Below, piece by piece: positions 1-16,377 of a stretch of 64,000 nt of DNA (within the stretch, counting starts at the first letter, position 1; every line of letters begins with the position of its first letter). The position numbers and the translations under genes were made by a program. The notes beneath the pieces are model-generated. The model had not been told where the DNA came from and did not search any database. It was given only the letters and a program-made list of their open reading frames with translations. The stretch comes from the human T2T-CHM13v2.0 reference genome, Homo sapiens. The stretch lies in NCBI RefSeq assembly GCF_009914755.1, contig NC_060929.1, one strand, 5' to 3'.

Positions 1-638
<638 letters not shown>

Positions 639-1814
639 CAATGAAGCTGTTTTTTGAAAAATAGAGACTTCCATTCTGATGCTTGGTTTGCTATTGACTT
701 GCACCATGACTCTGGATAATTCACATACATTCACATTCCCCACCCCACTCTTTTCTCAATTCCTGGCTTCCAGTAAGCACTGCAAAGATTTGTTGAACAA
801 ATGGGTGAATGAATGAATTAGTTGGACTGAGTATGAAGTTTACATTCACACTTGTGCATGTATGAGTAATTTCATTTTTTTTTTCTGGGTAAAGGCCTAT
901 ATCTTGAATTGCCATCACCATCATTTATTGAGAATTTACTATGATATGCTAAGGGCTTCGTATACTTATCACATTTAATCATCAGAACGCGGAAGGGAGA
1001 CCGGACGGGCTACCACTTCCACTGTATTAATGAGAAAGCTCAGGTTTGGGGAGGGCAAGTCTCTTGCCTAGGGTCCTACTCTGGGATTTGGACCTAGGTC
1101 TACCAGACTCCACAACCGGAGCTCTAAAGCCCCATGATAAATTACTTCAGCTTCTCAAAGAGATCTGTGACCCCAGAAGGGTGAAGAGAAAACGCCCTAC
1201 TGCCCTAGATTCTAATTATCCGAGAGTCTTTGGGGGAACGGGTCGGGTGGTTTGCTGGGGCGGGAATGGAGGAGAAAGCAAGTAAGCAAGAGCACAGGAG
1301 GGCAGAGCCCAAGCCAGCAAGGGCTGCTATTTACAGTAGCCCCAGAGCCCCCAGAGAGGATGATAAGGGGGCGGACTGGGAAGAGCAGTTGTAAGAGGAG
1401 CCAGGGAGCGGGAGGGGGTGATCTCCTCCCCCGGGCCCTGCTGCCTCCAGCTCACCCTGTCGCCTGATGTCTAAATAAGGTGCAGAGGCACACTCCCAGC
1501 AGCTAAAAATAAAACTTCCGCTCCCCCTCCTGCCCTTGGGCTCTGGCGACCTCCTCAGCCCCATCGGGACTCCCCCTTGGCCCGACCGGATCCCCCTTGG
1601 CCCTGAGGCATGCCCTTGCCCGAGCTATAGAATCGTCTCCCCTGAACCCCGATTGCAAGAACATCTGGACCAGAAGGCAGGGGGCGTGGGTCTCACACTT
1701 GGCTCTGCCTTGACAAACCTGGGCAAATCTCTTTTCTTCTCTGGACCTCAGTCTCCCCACACGTAAAATGAAGGCATTAGAATAATGACGTAAAGCTCTA
1801 GCATTTTTGAATGA

Positions 1815-2416
<602 letters not shown>

Positions 2417-3021
2417 TAACCGTTTCTTCCATCCCTGCAGTCAACGGTGTGTGAGGCGCCGGGATTACAGTGAGTATTCTGAGTATAGGCAGATTCTGTT
2501 TGCATCCCAGAGCCCGGGACACTGGTATTGCTCTGCCTGGCAAATGTTTGCTGAAATAGCCGGCTAATGGAATGCTTTGGAAACTGTAAAGGATGCATGA
2601 TGATGGTGCCTCCTGCCTGAAATTTGGTGCCAGAGTACTGCTAGTCCCTGTACTGGAATCCAGGTCCCAAGCCCTAAGGGACAAGGTCCTCATACCCTCA
2701 CCCCAAACCCAACCCGATCCCTCCTTGGGAGGCATTAGACAATTAAGACTCTTTTAGGTACTGCCTGGACCTTCCAAGACATCGGTGGGATTACCCTTCG
2801 TTGGAAAACTGCTGGCACAAACAGCCAGGGCCTACTAAACTCAAATAATCCTGCAGCCCCTTTGGAGGGGCAAAAGGAAGAGGGTAGGAGGGGAGGTAGG
2901 AGGAGTAGAGCAGAACTGTTTAGAGAACAGATTTCTGGTCAGCCTGCTTGGATTCACCCACCTTCTCTTGGGCAACTCATCTGAGATACACACTTCACTG
3001 AATTAAAGAGTACTGAATTTG

Positions 3022-3243
3022 GGTTGGGTATGGTGGCTCACGCTTGTTATCCCCTTCTGTACTAAAAATAGAAAAATTAGCTGGGTGTGGTGGTGGGTGC
3101 CTGTAATCCAGCTACCCAGGAGGCTGAGGCAGGAGAACCGCTTGAATGGGGGTTGGCGGGGGCAGAGGTTGCAGTGAGCTGAGATCACGCCACTTCACTC
3201 CAGCCTGGGTGAAAGAGCATAGCTCTGTCTCAAAAAAAAAAAA
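3022..3243 (+). mobile_element. Alu with most of the left arm deleted
   Basis: ggctcacgc jumps to ctgtactaaaaata. Confidence 0.85.
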
Positions 3244-3294
3244 GGTACTAAATTTGGACTGGTCCTCAGACATCACAGAATCAGCCAATCTCAA

Positions 3295-3756
3295 TGTAGC
3301 AGGATGAGCCCACAGACAAAACTCCTCAGACACTGAGTTAAAGAAGGAAGGGGTTTATTTGGCCGGGAGCATCAGCAAGACTCCTCTCTCAAGAGCCGAG
3401 CTCCCCGAGTGAGCAATTCCTGTCCCTTTTGAGGGCTCACAACTCTAAGGGAGTCCACGTGGGAGGGTCGTGATCAATTGAGCAAGCAGGGGGTACGTGA
3501 CTGGGGGCTGCATGCACCAGTAATCAGAGCGAAACAGAACAGGACAGGGATTTTTACATTGTTTTTCCATACAATGTCTGGAATCTATAGATAACATAAC
3601 CGGTTAGGTCAGGGGTCGATCTTTAACTACCAGGCCCAGGGCGCATGCTGGGCTGTCTGCCTGTGGATTTCATTTCTGCCTTTTAGTTTTTACTTCTTCT
3701 TTCTTTGGAGGCAGAAATTGGGCATAAGACAATATGAGGGGTGGTCTCCTCCCTTA
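3295..3756 (-). mobile_element. Solo LTR2 (HERV-E/Harlequin LTR)
   Basis: On - TAAGGGAGGAGACCACCCCTCATATTGTC...CCTGCTACA; TSD TCAA at 3291-3294 and 3757-3760. Confidence 0.9.
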
Positions 3757-3954
3757 TCAACATACAGTGTTGAGTGATAGGGCATAAGGAAGAGAATCTA
3801 GGAACAACTGAGGCTCTGTCCTTCCTGTCTTGTTTCAGTAAGAAGAAGGGGTGGGGAAAGTTCCCCAGACACCTTCCTTAGGGGTATATAGTGACTCTAT
3901 CTGTATCCCACTCCTACCACCCAGTGGTGGAGAAAGCCAGTCTAATCTGGACCC

Positions 3955-4275
3955 TAGCTATTCAAACTGTGGGGCTCAGACCAGCAGCTTTGGTGTCATG
4001 GGGAGCTAGTTAGAAATGCAAATTCTCAGGCTCCACTCCAGACTTGCTGAATCATAATCTGCATTTTAGTGAGATCTCAGGTACTTTGCATGCATGTTAC
4101 TGTTAGGGAGGCCTTTAGAACAGTGGTTGTCAATGTCGGCAGCATATTGGAATTCTCTGAGGGACTTTAAAAAATGTAATACATAGGTCCCACCCTGGTG
4201 TGTAACCTGAGCATGGGGAGGGTTTCAAGCTCCCTGGTGACTCCAATGTGTAGCCAGCATTGATCATCACAGCTC
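3955..4275. mobile_element. MER5A/MER5B fragments
   Basis: ttagaaatgcaaattctcaggctccactccagac...gaatca..ctgcatttt. Confidence 0.65.
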
Positions 4276-4717
4276 TAGAAAAAAGCTCTACTGAGATGAA
4301 AATCTTTGGGAATCAAAGCGATGTCTGCCTACACAGAAGCCTCCCATCTTGGGTCCACAGACTGAGGCTGATGAGGATGCTGCTCCCAAGCCTGCCTTCC
4401 CTAGCCCTGCCCAGCCTGCTTGACAAGTCCAATCCCTGCTCCCCATTGTCCAGCCTCTAAGTGCTCTCCAGATTCAGACTGTTGAGGTGAGAAGGGGGTG
4501 GTTCTCTTATCAGCTCTGCAATCTTGCCCAGAGGTGTGGCCCTGAGCTGGGAGACTGGAAACCTGAGTACTTACCCTAGCTCTGCTGAGTGGTCTTGGGC
4601 AAGGTAATTTCTGTCTCTCAGTGACAGCTTCAATGAACTGTTGCCCTGGGGGAAAAAAGCTGGTGTTTCCAAATTGTCTGATTTTTCAGAAAAAGCTGGA
4701 AATCTACGGTTTAATGA

Positions 4718-5043
<326 letters not shown>

Positions 5044-5195
5044 AAATCACCTTTTAAAATTGTTCATTAGCAATTAAGTAATATTTTCTAAGAAACACCA
5101 TGCAGACAAACAAATCATGTTTGAGGCTGGCATCACCTGTCTGTGATCTCTACATCTGACCCACATGACTGCCACACACATATCTGAGGTGTAAG

Positions 5196-6106
<911 letters not shown>

Positions 6107-7250
6107 TAATTTCCAGTATTCTAACCAATCACTCTTAGAAGGTGAGTTCTTCAAGGACAGAGGCCTTGCTTTAATAATTGTCACTTCTATGTATGTGTGC
6201 ACTTATTATATGTACGTCAGATACTTTACATCACTGTATGTCAACCTTGGCTGCACATCTTAGTCACCTGGGTTTTTGGTTTTTTTTTAAGTACCAATGG
6301 TTAGGTCCCATCTCGAGAGATTTAGATGTCTAGAGTGTGGCCTGGGGGTTGGGATTTTTAAAAGCTCACAGAGGACTGCAATGTGAGGCCCCGGCTGGGA
6401 AGCATGGCCTGATGGTCTTGACCATGTTTAATTTTTCCATTGGCTCTTTCCCCAAGTGTTTCTCGTTTCTCCCGGGGAGAGTCAAAGCCCACCTCCTCAG
6501 AGAGTTCTTATCAGACCCCTAAAGGCAACCCACCCCAATTTGTGTTACCATAACCTGATTTTTTTTGTCATCTAGTATTATTACTTGATGCTATCATCTT
6601 GTTTATTTCTTTCTTTGCTGATTGCCCTTTACTCTAGTCATAGGCGGATGGGGTGTGCCTGTGGGGGCAGGGGCAGGGCCTTTATCTTGTTCAGTAGTTG
6701 AATCGATTAGTCAATGAGTGAATAGTTTTTCACTGAGAGGTAGTTTCATTATTATCATCTTGAATCTTCATTTTGCAAATGAGAAAACTGAGGCCAGAGA
6801 GGTTAAGGCCCTGCCGAGGTTCTCTCAGCAGGAGGTGGCAGGGCCAGGGTGCAAGCCGGGGTCTACCTGATTGGGAACATGTCCCTTCCCTTCTTCCATC
6901 TTGTTTATGGTTTGGTTTCCAGTCACTGTGTCTGTGACCTTCCAGAATTTCATCCAAATTCCTTTATGTGGAGATGCCAGGTACTCTCATCTGAAAGGAA
7001 TATGCCACTGAGGTGGCTGGGAGAGTTAACCTTTCACTGACTAAGGGTGTTGACCTCTTGTATTATGGTGGAGTGTGTCTGTAGTAGTCAAAAGGAGGTG
7101 GGTAATGGGGTTGAGGGGACTTGGTTTCTAGAAAGATAGACAAGGAATGATGCTGGAAGGGTCTATGCAGCCCCTTCCTATTTTCCAGTGATGCTGCAGG
7201 GCATACCATGCTGGCATTGTGGTTACCTTGAGCAACCACACAAACCTCCA

Positions 7251-7530
7251 CCAAGGAGCAGAGCCACAGGGGCATCTCTCACCCACATCCACCAAGAAGC
7301 AGAGCCACAGGGGTGTCTCTCACCCACATGTACCAAGGAGCGCAGCCACAGGGGCATCCATCACCTACACACCCACCAAGGACCAGAGCCACGTGGGCAT
7401 CTCTCATCTACACATGTACCAAGGAGCAGAGCTACATGAGCATCTCTCACCCACATCCACCAAGGAGCAGAGCCACAGCGGCATCTGTCACCCATGTCCA
7501 CCTGGAGCAGAGCCACATGGCCATCTCTCA
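7251..7530. repeat. Minisatellite, ~6.7 copies of a 41-43 bp unit
   Basis: ccaaggagcagagccacaggggcatctctcacccacatcca starting at 7251, 7292, 7333, 7376, 7419, 7460, 7501. Confidence 0.93.
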
Positions 7531-7747
7531 TATAATCTGTAGGTTCAGCCTTAGGAGAAGTGATGTCTAGTTTCACTTCTTCTGTGTACCACTGGGCAAG
7601 TCCTCTTCCTCATGGATCTCATGAAGAGGTTGTGTTACTGGTAGAGGGTCTTGACTGCAAGTTGTCCAGATTCTTGGCATTTTGAACAAAGAAATGAACA
7701 AAACGCACAGCAAAGCAAGAAAAGAATGAAGCAATGAAAGAATGCAT

Positions 7748-8057
<310 letters not shown>

Positions 8058-8312
8058 TTATTGAAAATGAAAATACACTCCACAGTGTGGGAGCAGCCTG
8101 AGCAGCAGCTCAAGGGCCCCTGATACAGAATCTTCTGGGGTCCAGATACCCTCTAGAGGTTTCCTATTGGCTACTTGGTGCTCCCTTCATGTAAATGAAG
8201 TGTTGGCCCACAATCAGTCTGATCGGTTGCAGAAAGCAACCAATAAGAGGCTGAAATGTCAAAGGTCACACTCCTGTGCAAACATCTGATTGGCTGCATA
8301 AAGCAACCAGTT

Positions 8313-8725
<413 letters not shown>

Positions 8726-8829
8726 TCAGTTTAGTTCTAGGAAGTCATTGTGAAACAACCTTAGGTTCCCTTCCTCCAGACCTGTTCTCCTGCCTCATCT
8801 CATCCCTGAGAGACGTGATCCCCATAAAT

Positions 8830-9280
8830 CTTTATGGGAGGCAGAGGGACTGATGGACTTTCTTCTGTAACTGCTTCATGCTGACTTGGGAGTAGTCCTT
8901 ATCTGTTGGAGATCATGGAACTCTCTCCCTACTCTGTCTAGTGAAGATAGGGTGGCTTCTTGATGGCCAGGGGTGGTGTCTTCACTTGGAACTGGCTGGA
9001 AACCTTGTTGCATGATCATCTGAGGCTTGATAGTCTCTATGCGAGAGGAAATGAATTCGGTTAAAAGACTTAATGGGAACTTTGGGTGTGGATACCTATG
9101 CTGTCAGGAATGTTTGTTATAAAAATGTATTAAAACATTCAACTTAATTACTACAAAGGAAGTGATTCTATCCATTTGGAAGAAGGCAATTAAACTGCAA
9201 AAATAAAATAAATGACTACTATTATCCAGCCTACGGTAATTATGCAACAAAGGCACCAAGGAAAATTGGTAGGCATTTAC
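8830..9280 (-). pseudogene. Vestigial env (C-terminal tail only)
   Basis: FISSRIETIKPQMIMQQG resembles gammaretroviral TM cytoplasmic tails; only ~0.5 kb separates IN from the 3' LTR. Confidence 0.55.
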
Positions 9281-9289
9281 TCATCTTTT

Positions 9290-11083
9290 GGCTGTCTTTT
9301 AAACAGGAACTTCAGGGCTTCCACAGGTTCACAGGTGTAGTGGCTGATGGAAACTTCAGGTTCCTGGTCCGGATCTTCTGGTATTGCTGGCTTGATCCTT
9401 GAAAGATGTACCCAATCTAATCCTTGTACTTTGATGGCAGAAGGCATAGCCAGTATTACTGAACATGGTCCCTTCCATTTGGGTTGTAATTGTTGAACAG
9501 TTGATCCCTCCTTGCGTGTTTTAACAAGTACCTTATCTCCTGGCCTGATTTAGGGTCGCTAGTTAGTTCCCAGTATGGGGAGCCTTTGAATTCCACACTT
9601 TTGTAAAGCCTGCTGAAATTGTCCTAGGTTGACTAGGTATTTTACTGGCTGTTTCTGGATCAGTAATTATTAGTTAAGAATGGCCTTCTGTATAACATTT
9701 CGTTATATTCGCTTATATTAATTTTTGCTCTGGGGTATTATGGATCCTTAAGAGGGCAATGAGCAGTAAGCTGACCCAAGTTTCTGATGCTTCCTGACGT
9801 AGCTTAGCTAACACCTGTTTTAGAGTTTGGTTACCTGTTTCTGCTTTCCTGGAGGATTGAGGCCTCCATGCTGAATATAAATGGTATTTGATTCCAAGAG
9901 CCTTAGCAACCACTCAAGTTATTTGGAGATAAAGGACAGGACGTTATCACTTTGGAGGCTCTGAGGTAACCCAAACCAGGGGATTATTTCTTTTAAGAGA
10001 ACCTTTATAATCTCATTAGCCTTCTGTGTTCTGGTAGGATAAGCTTCAACCCAACCAGTAAAGGTATCTACTAGTACTAACAAAAACTTGTACCCTCTGC
10101 AAGCTGGCATATAGGTGAAGTCTAATTGCCAGTCTTCCCCTGGAAACTTCCCTCTCCTCTGGACTGGTTCTATTAGAGGAGGATTTTGTTTCCTGGATTG
10201 TTAAGTGCACAGAGTTAGCAGGCTTTGTAGACCTGCTTAGCCACTGAAGTTAGACCCAGTAAAGAGCTTGTTTACCATAATCAGAGTTGCATCCCTCCCA
10301 ACATGGAAAGAATCAGGCAGGGCTTTTATAACTTTCCACTGGGCTGTCTGAGGGAGATATATTTTTGACCCCATATACTAAGAGGATCCTTCTTTTTGTC
10401 CTCCTTGATTCTTTATTAACTGTTCTTACTAACCAGTATTCCCTTGAAGCCTTTAGAACAGGTAAGATGAGGGTATTGCAGGGAGAATTACAGGGTTTTA
10501 AGAGCCCATGGGTAAGTAATACCTCAACTATGGGTGCTAGGTCATTTCTTACTTCCTGCTTAATTGGGTGTTATTTTTGACTGGGAAAACAGCTGGGGTC
10601 TTCAAGCTGTATTTTGACTGGCACTGCTGTTTTAGCCTTCCTCAGTTTTCTAGTATACAATGCCAGCAGGTTAACCTGTTTATTAATGTGGTCTTGGACA
10701 TTGTCTGTATTTTTGACTATTAGCAATTTCACTGGGTGATGCTTAAATTGTAGTAGTGCCCTTATTTTAACCATAATCTCTCTTCCCAGCAGGGGGATTG
10801 CGTAGCTTGATACTACTAGGCACTCCTGTTGGAAGATTCGTTTCTCAAATTGACAAATCAAAGGAGGAGTAAAAAATCTGGTTTGTGGCTTCCCTTCCAT
10901 TCCCATAACACTCATGGACCAGGAGGGAAGTTTCCCTGCATAAGCAGTAAGGACAGTGTAATTTGCCCCTGTAACAAAAAGAAACTGAATTTGGGTGCCC
11001 ATGACATCCAGAGTTACTCCAGGCTCCCCAGTAGTAATTACAAAGTTCCTGGACAGGGGCAGTGAGGAAGACCCCGGGCCCCT
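9290..11083 (-). pseudogene. ERV pro-pol remnant: protease, RT N-terminus, integrase; RT core and RNase H missing
   Basis: FLFVTGANYTVL (protease), VKIQLEDP...SPCNTLILPVLK (RT start), WQLDFT / LVDTFTGWVEAYP / LQSDN (integrase), WEGP C-terminal motif. Confidence 0.88.
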
Positions 11084-12618
11084 TCAGTCTTCATCTGATT
11101 CCTCCTTTCGCACCTGCTAGAGTTTTGCCTAACCCAGCCCCTCAGTGGGAGCAGAGGCAATCAATTCTCCAGTGCCAGGGTTCGTGACTGGTGCCTTTGC
11201 GTTGACAGCAGGGGCCTGAGGGGAGCTGGAGGGCGGGGGCTTAGTACATTCCTTTGCCCAATGCCCGCTTTTCTTGCATTTGAAGCAAGACTTGCCTTTG
11301 CTGGTATTATCTTTATAGTCCTTCGGGTTTCCCTTAGATGCTCTTTGGGCATTCAGGGCATCACCAATGATGGCTGCCATAATTTTGGCTTGCCGTCTTT
11401 CTTTACTCTGTTCTCTTTTTCCTTCCTCCAGGTCATATTGTTATACACCATAAAGGCAGTATTAAGAAGCTGATTTTGATTAGCTTGTGGCCCCATCTGT
11501 AGCTTTTGGAGTTTACGTCTGATATCTGGGGCAGATTGGCTAATGAAATGCTGTGCCATTAATATTTTGCCTTCGGGAGAAGAAGGGTCCAGATTAGTAT
11601 ATATTTAAAGGCTTCCTCCAGCCTACCATAAAACATGGCTGGATTTTCCTCCTTGCCTTATGTAACCTCCCTTACTTTATCATAATTTACTGCCTTAGTT
11701 AATCCCTTTCTCATTCCTCCAAGGACAGCCTCAAGAAATTTAGCCAGGTGGTTCATTCCCATGGGGGCGTTATAGTTTCAATTAGGATCAGTAGTGGGAA
11801 CTGTGTCTGGGCCTCGGTAATTGCCCTGAGGGTTTCAGGTGGATAATTCATCCACTTCCCTGCTGGCAGCCTCAAAGATTTGTTCCTTTCCTGAGGGAGT
11901 GCCAACAGGTTGCTAGAATGAATTGACCATCTCTCCATGAGAGATCAAAGGCTAAGGTCAAAGTGTGGAACTCATCTGCAAATTTCCTAGGATTCTCAGA
12001 ACAGCTTCCTAGCTTTTCCTTACATTGTTGAATATTAGTTATAGAGAAGGGGGCCTGCACTAGGACTGGCCCCTCAACTCCTGCTACTTCCCTAAGGTGT
12101 AGCAGGGCTGGAAGAAGAGCTGAATACAGGGTTCCCCTCCGAATGTGAGGGGGACTTAGTAGGGTCTCTGGTGTTTGCTCCTGGGGTTGAGCCTCAGGAG
12201 CACTTGCAAGGGGCTATATGGGGGTGGTCACTGTTCACTCTGAGAGACAGGTGGCCCTTGTAAGAGGGGGTCATCTATAATATGTAGTTCTCCCTTAGAA
12301 CTTTCCTTTGTGGGGTGGGTTCTGGGAGTTTCACAGATTGTTAGGTTTTGGTAAAGCGTCATGGAAGTCTGCATGTACAAGATTTCTGACCATGTGCTCT
12401 GTCTCTTGCAAAATAGGTCTAATTGCAGGATGATGTCATAATTAAGGCTACCATTGACTACCCATTTTTTCCAGGCTGGGCAGCTCATAATGGAGCCAGA
12501 CAGTACTGCAGAAAAAAATTATATGTTTTCTCTTTAGATTGTCAGGGTCAAATTGATCGCAATGGTGGAGGACGTAGCCAAGCGGGGAATCAGGTGGAAT
12601 AGGTAGAGAGTTGCCCAC
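11084..12618 (-). pseudogene. ERV gag remnant (MA, CA with MHR, NC zinc knuckles)
   Basis: GNSLPIPPDSPLG...ILQLDLFCKR, EVT*GKEENPAMFYGRLEEA, CFKCKKSGHWAKEC; multiple stops and frameshifts. Confidence 0.88.
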
Positions 12619-12861
12619 AGTGGTCTGGAAAAGAGAAGAGGACTGACCAGGTGACCCAAATTTTACCTGAGGCATCCTCCTGGAAAAATTCTGGGCCCAG
12701 ACTGGGGTCCCTGGGAGCATCTCCCCATTAGGGCCCTGACTTAGCCTGTTAGATGTCTCTGACCTTAGATAGGTGCAGGCATTGCTTTGGAATGGTTCCC
12801 TCCACCACTGAAGACCTACTGTGAACTTTCCTTAAGGTTTTCCCATGCCACTTAAAGCAAC

Positions 12862-13154
12862 TTTTTTTTTTTTTTGAGACAGGGTCTTGCTCTGTTGCCC
12901 AGGCTGGAGTGCAGTGGCATGATCTCGGCTCGCTGCAAGCTCTGCCTCCCAGGTTCATGCCATTCTCCTGCCTCAGCCTCCGAGTAGCTGGGACTACAGG
13001 CGCCGACCACCATGCCTGGCTAATTTTTTGTATATTTAGTAGAGATGGCGTTTCACCGTGTTAGCCAGGATGGTCTCAATCTCCTGACCTCGTGATCCGC
13101 CTGCCTCGGCCTCCCAAAGTGCTGGGATTACAGGCGTGAGCCACCGCAGCCGGC
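12862..13154 (-). mobile_element. AluY in the provirus leader
   Basis: Dimer; TSD aaagcaac. Confidence 0.9.
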
Positions 13155-13923
13155 AAAGCAACCCTTTAACTCTCTCAATTTAGGCAATAATAGATTACCT
13201 TTCATGAATTCCCCCCACTCCCCATGCATCACACAGACCACCTACGACATGCCTGGACCCTCTGACTCATATAACCTTTTTGCATAGCTAGGTGGGTTTT
13301 CTGTCCTTAGCCAGTCAAGTGGGGGAAGGGAAGGGAAGAATTTAGCATAAGGTTTAAGTCACCTGAAACGTGTGAGTTTGCCCTGGATGAGCTGCTGCTG
13401 CTGCCAACCCAGACACAGGTAGGGATCTATAATCAGAAAGGACAGAAAAGAGTCTTTCACCCTTCTGGGCAGGGCAGCCGTCCCTGTTCACTCTTTGGCC
13501 TTCAGAGAACACTGGAGAGTGGCCCCGGCCAGTTTCCCTCAATTACCAAGGAGCTACTAGGAAACGACCAGTGAAAGACTGAAAAAGCAAAAAACAAACA
13601 AACAAAAAACAACAAAAAACAAAAAGGAATAGAACTCAGAAAAAAGAGAGAAAAAAAGAAAAGGAATAGGACTCAGAAAAATGAAAACAAGGAAAAAGAC
13701 TTCTCAGTGACCAGGCAGTGGCGGTCAAGTGCTTCGACACGGAAGCCTTTCAGTCTCACCAGAGAGTGGCCCTGGCCAGAAACTTACAATTTCCTCTGTG
13801 CTTAGGCGCTGTCCACCGAGTTGGGTTCCGAGTTGGAAAGGAAAAGAGAGAGGGAGAGAAAAATTCCCCTGCATTAAAAGGGAAATGGAGAAAAATAAAT
13901 CCCAAGCTTTGGGCCTACCTTCT

Positions 13924-13941
13924 CTCCTGGCTGGCTTGCCA
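13924..13941 (-). other. Primer-binding site, tRNA-Arg(ACG) type
   Basis: TGGCAAGCCAGCCAGGAG, 5 nt after the 5' LTR; 17/18 to the complement of the tRNA-Arg(ACG) 3' end as recalled. Confidence 0.8.
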
Positions 13942-13946
13942 AAATA

Positions 13947-14571
13947 TGTTACCAGTAGAGGGTTTTGACTGAAAGTTGTCTAGGTTCTTGGCGTTTTTGA
14001 ACAAAGAATTGGAGAAAACACACAGAAAAGCAAGGGAAAAATGGAGCAATGAAAGAACAAAAGCAAGGGTTTATTAAAAATGAAAGTACACTCAACAGTG
14101 TGGGAGCGGGCCAAGCAGCAGCTCAAGGGCCCAGATACAGAATCTTCTTGGGTCCAAATACCCCCTAGAGGTTTCCCATTGGCCACTTGGTGCTCACCTC
14201 ATGTAAATGAAGTGGTGGCCCGCAATCAATCTGACTGGTTAATCAGAGGCCGAAGTGAAGTTACAAAGGTCATGCTCCTGTGCAAACATCTGATTGGTTG
14301 TGGAAAGCAACCAATCAGGCTGAAGTGAAGTTACAAAGTTGCACTTCTATGCAATTTTAACATATAAACTGAAATGTAGCATAGAAATCGAAATGTACTT
14401 TCAATTTCCCATCTGCTGCACAGAAAAGGTGGGGGGTTGTAAAGAGAGTAGCCTCTGGTCCTCTTGTTACTTAGGTGTGGAAAGTTAGGGTTTTCCTTTC
14501 GATTTAGTTCTAGGAAGTCAGCGTGAAATGGCCTTAGGTTCCCTGCCTGCAGACTCTATTCTCCTACCTCA
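13947..14571 (-). mobile_element. 5' LTR (MER51-type)
   Basis: On - begins TGAGGTAGGAGAATAG...GGAACCTAAGG and ends CTACTGGTAACA; AATAAA at 14070-14075; several CCAAT boxes. Confidence 0.9.
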
Positions 14572-15261
14572 GTTGGGCTAGGTGAAAGGGAAGAGTTGAT
14601 CAGAATGGGAGGATCATTATGTAAAGTATGGAGCTTAGTTAATAATAGTGTACCAATGTCATGCCCTCAGATTTTAAAAAAATTTTTTAATTTTTTATTC
14701 TTTTGCCACCTCCTTGTCGCTGGCAGTGCCCCCCAGTTATGCACAAGCACAAGCTCTGGGTCTGCAGTCTGAACCCCCGGCCAGGCCACGGGTGTCTTAT
14801 CAACAATAGAGGAAACGAACAGAACTTTGTAGTATTTTTGCAACTTTTCTGTAAACCAAAATAAAAAGTTTACTTTAAAAAAGATGATCAGGTGAGTTTT
14901 AAATTCTACACATGCATTCATGTACTCAACAGATTGTCTATTATGCATCAGGCACTGGGTATAAATGAGTGCCTGCATCATGATGCCACCCCTTGTGTAG
15001 TTTACAATCCTGTGGTAAATTGGCGGTATTGGTAACAACATCCCTGTTTTTTCTAAAAGCAAATCTCCAACTAGTATATTAACCTGACAAAATCTTGGCT
15101 GATGGGGTGTCTAAAAAGAAGTCTTGCTCTATTCCTTCCTAGCTGTGCGACCTTGGCAGAGCTAACCTCACTGTGTATCAGTTTCCTCAGTGCTAAAATT
15201 GGGGAAGAAAAAAAAAAAGCATTCCCTTGTGCGTCCTTAGCATGCTTTCAAGCAGTTACTA

Positions 15262-16377
<1,116 letters not shown>

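Noticed and set aside
7188-7576. Regularly spaced repeats that look CRISPR-like and give repetitive ORFs
   Set aside because: Units are contiguous with no unique spacers, there are no cas genes and the DNA is primate; this is a minisatellite.
10571-11002. 143-aa retroviral protease ORF as a possible domesticated gene
   Set aside because: The catalytic Asp is replaced by Val and the surrounding gag/pol are full of stops and frameshifts.
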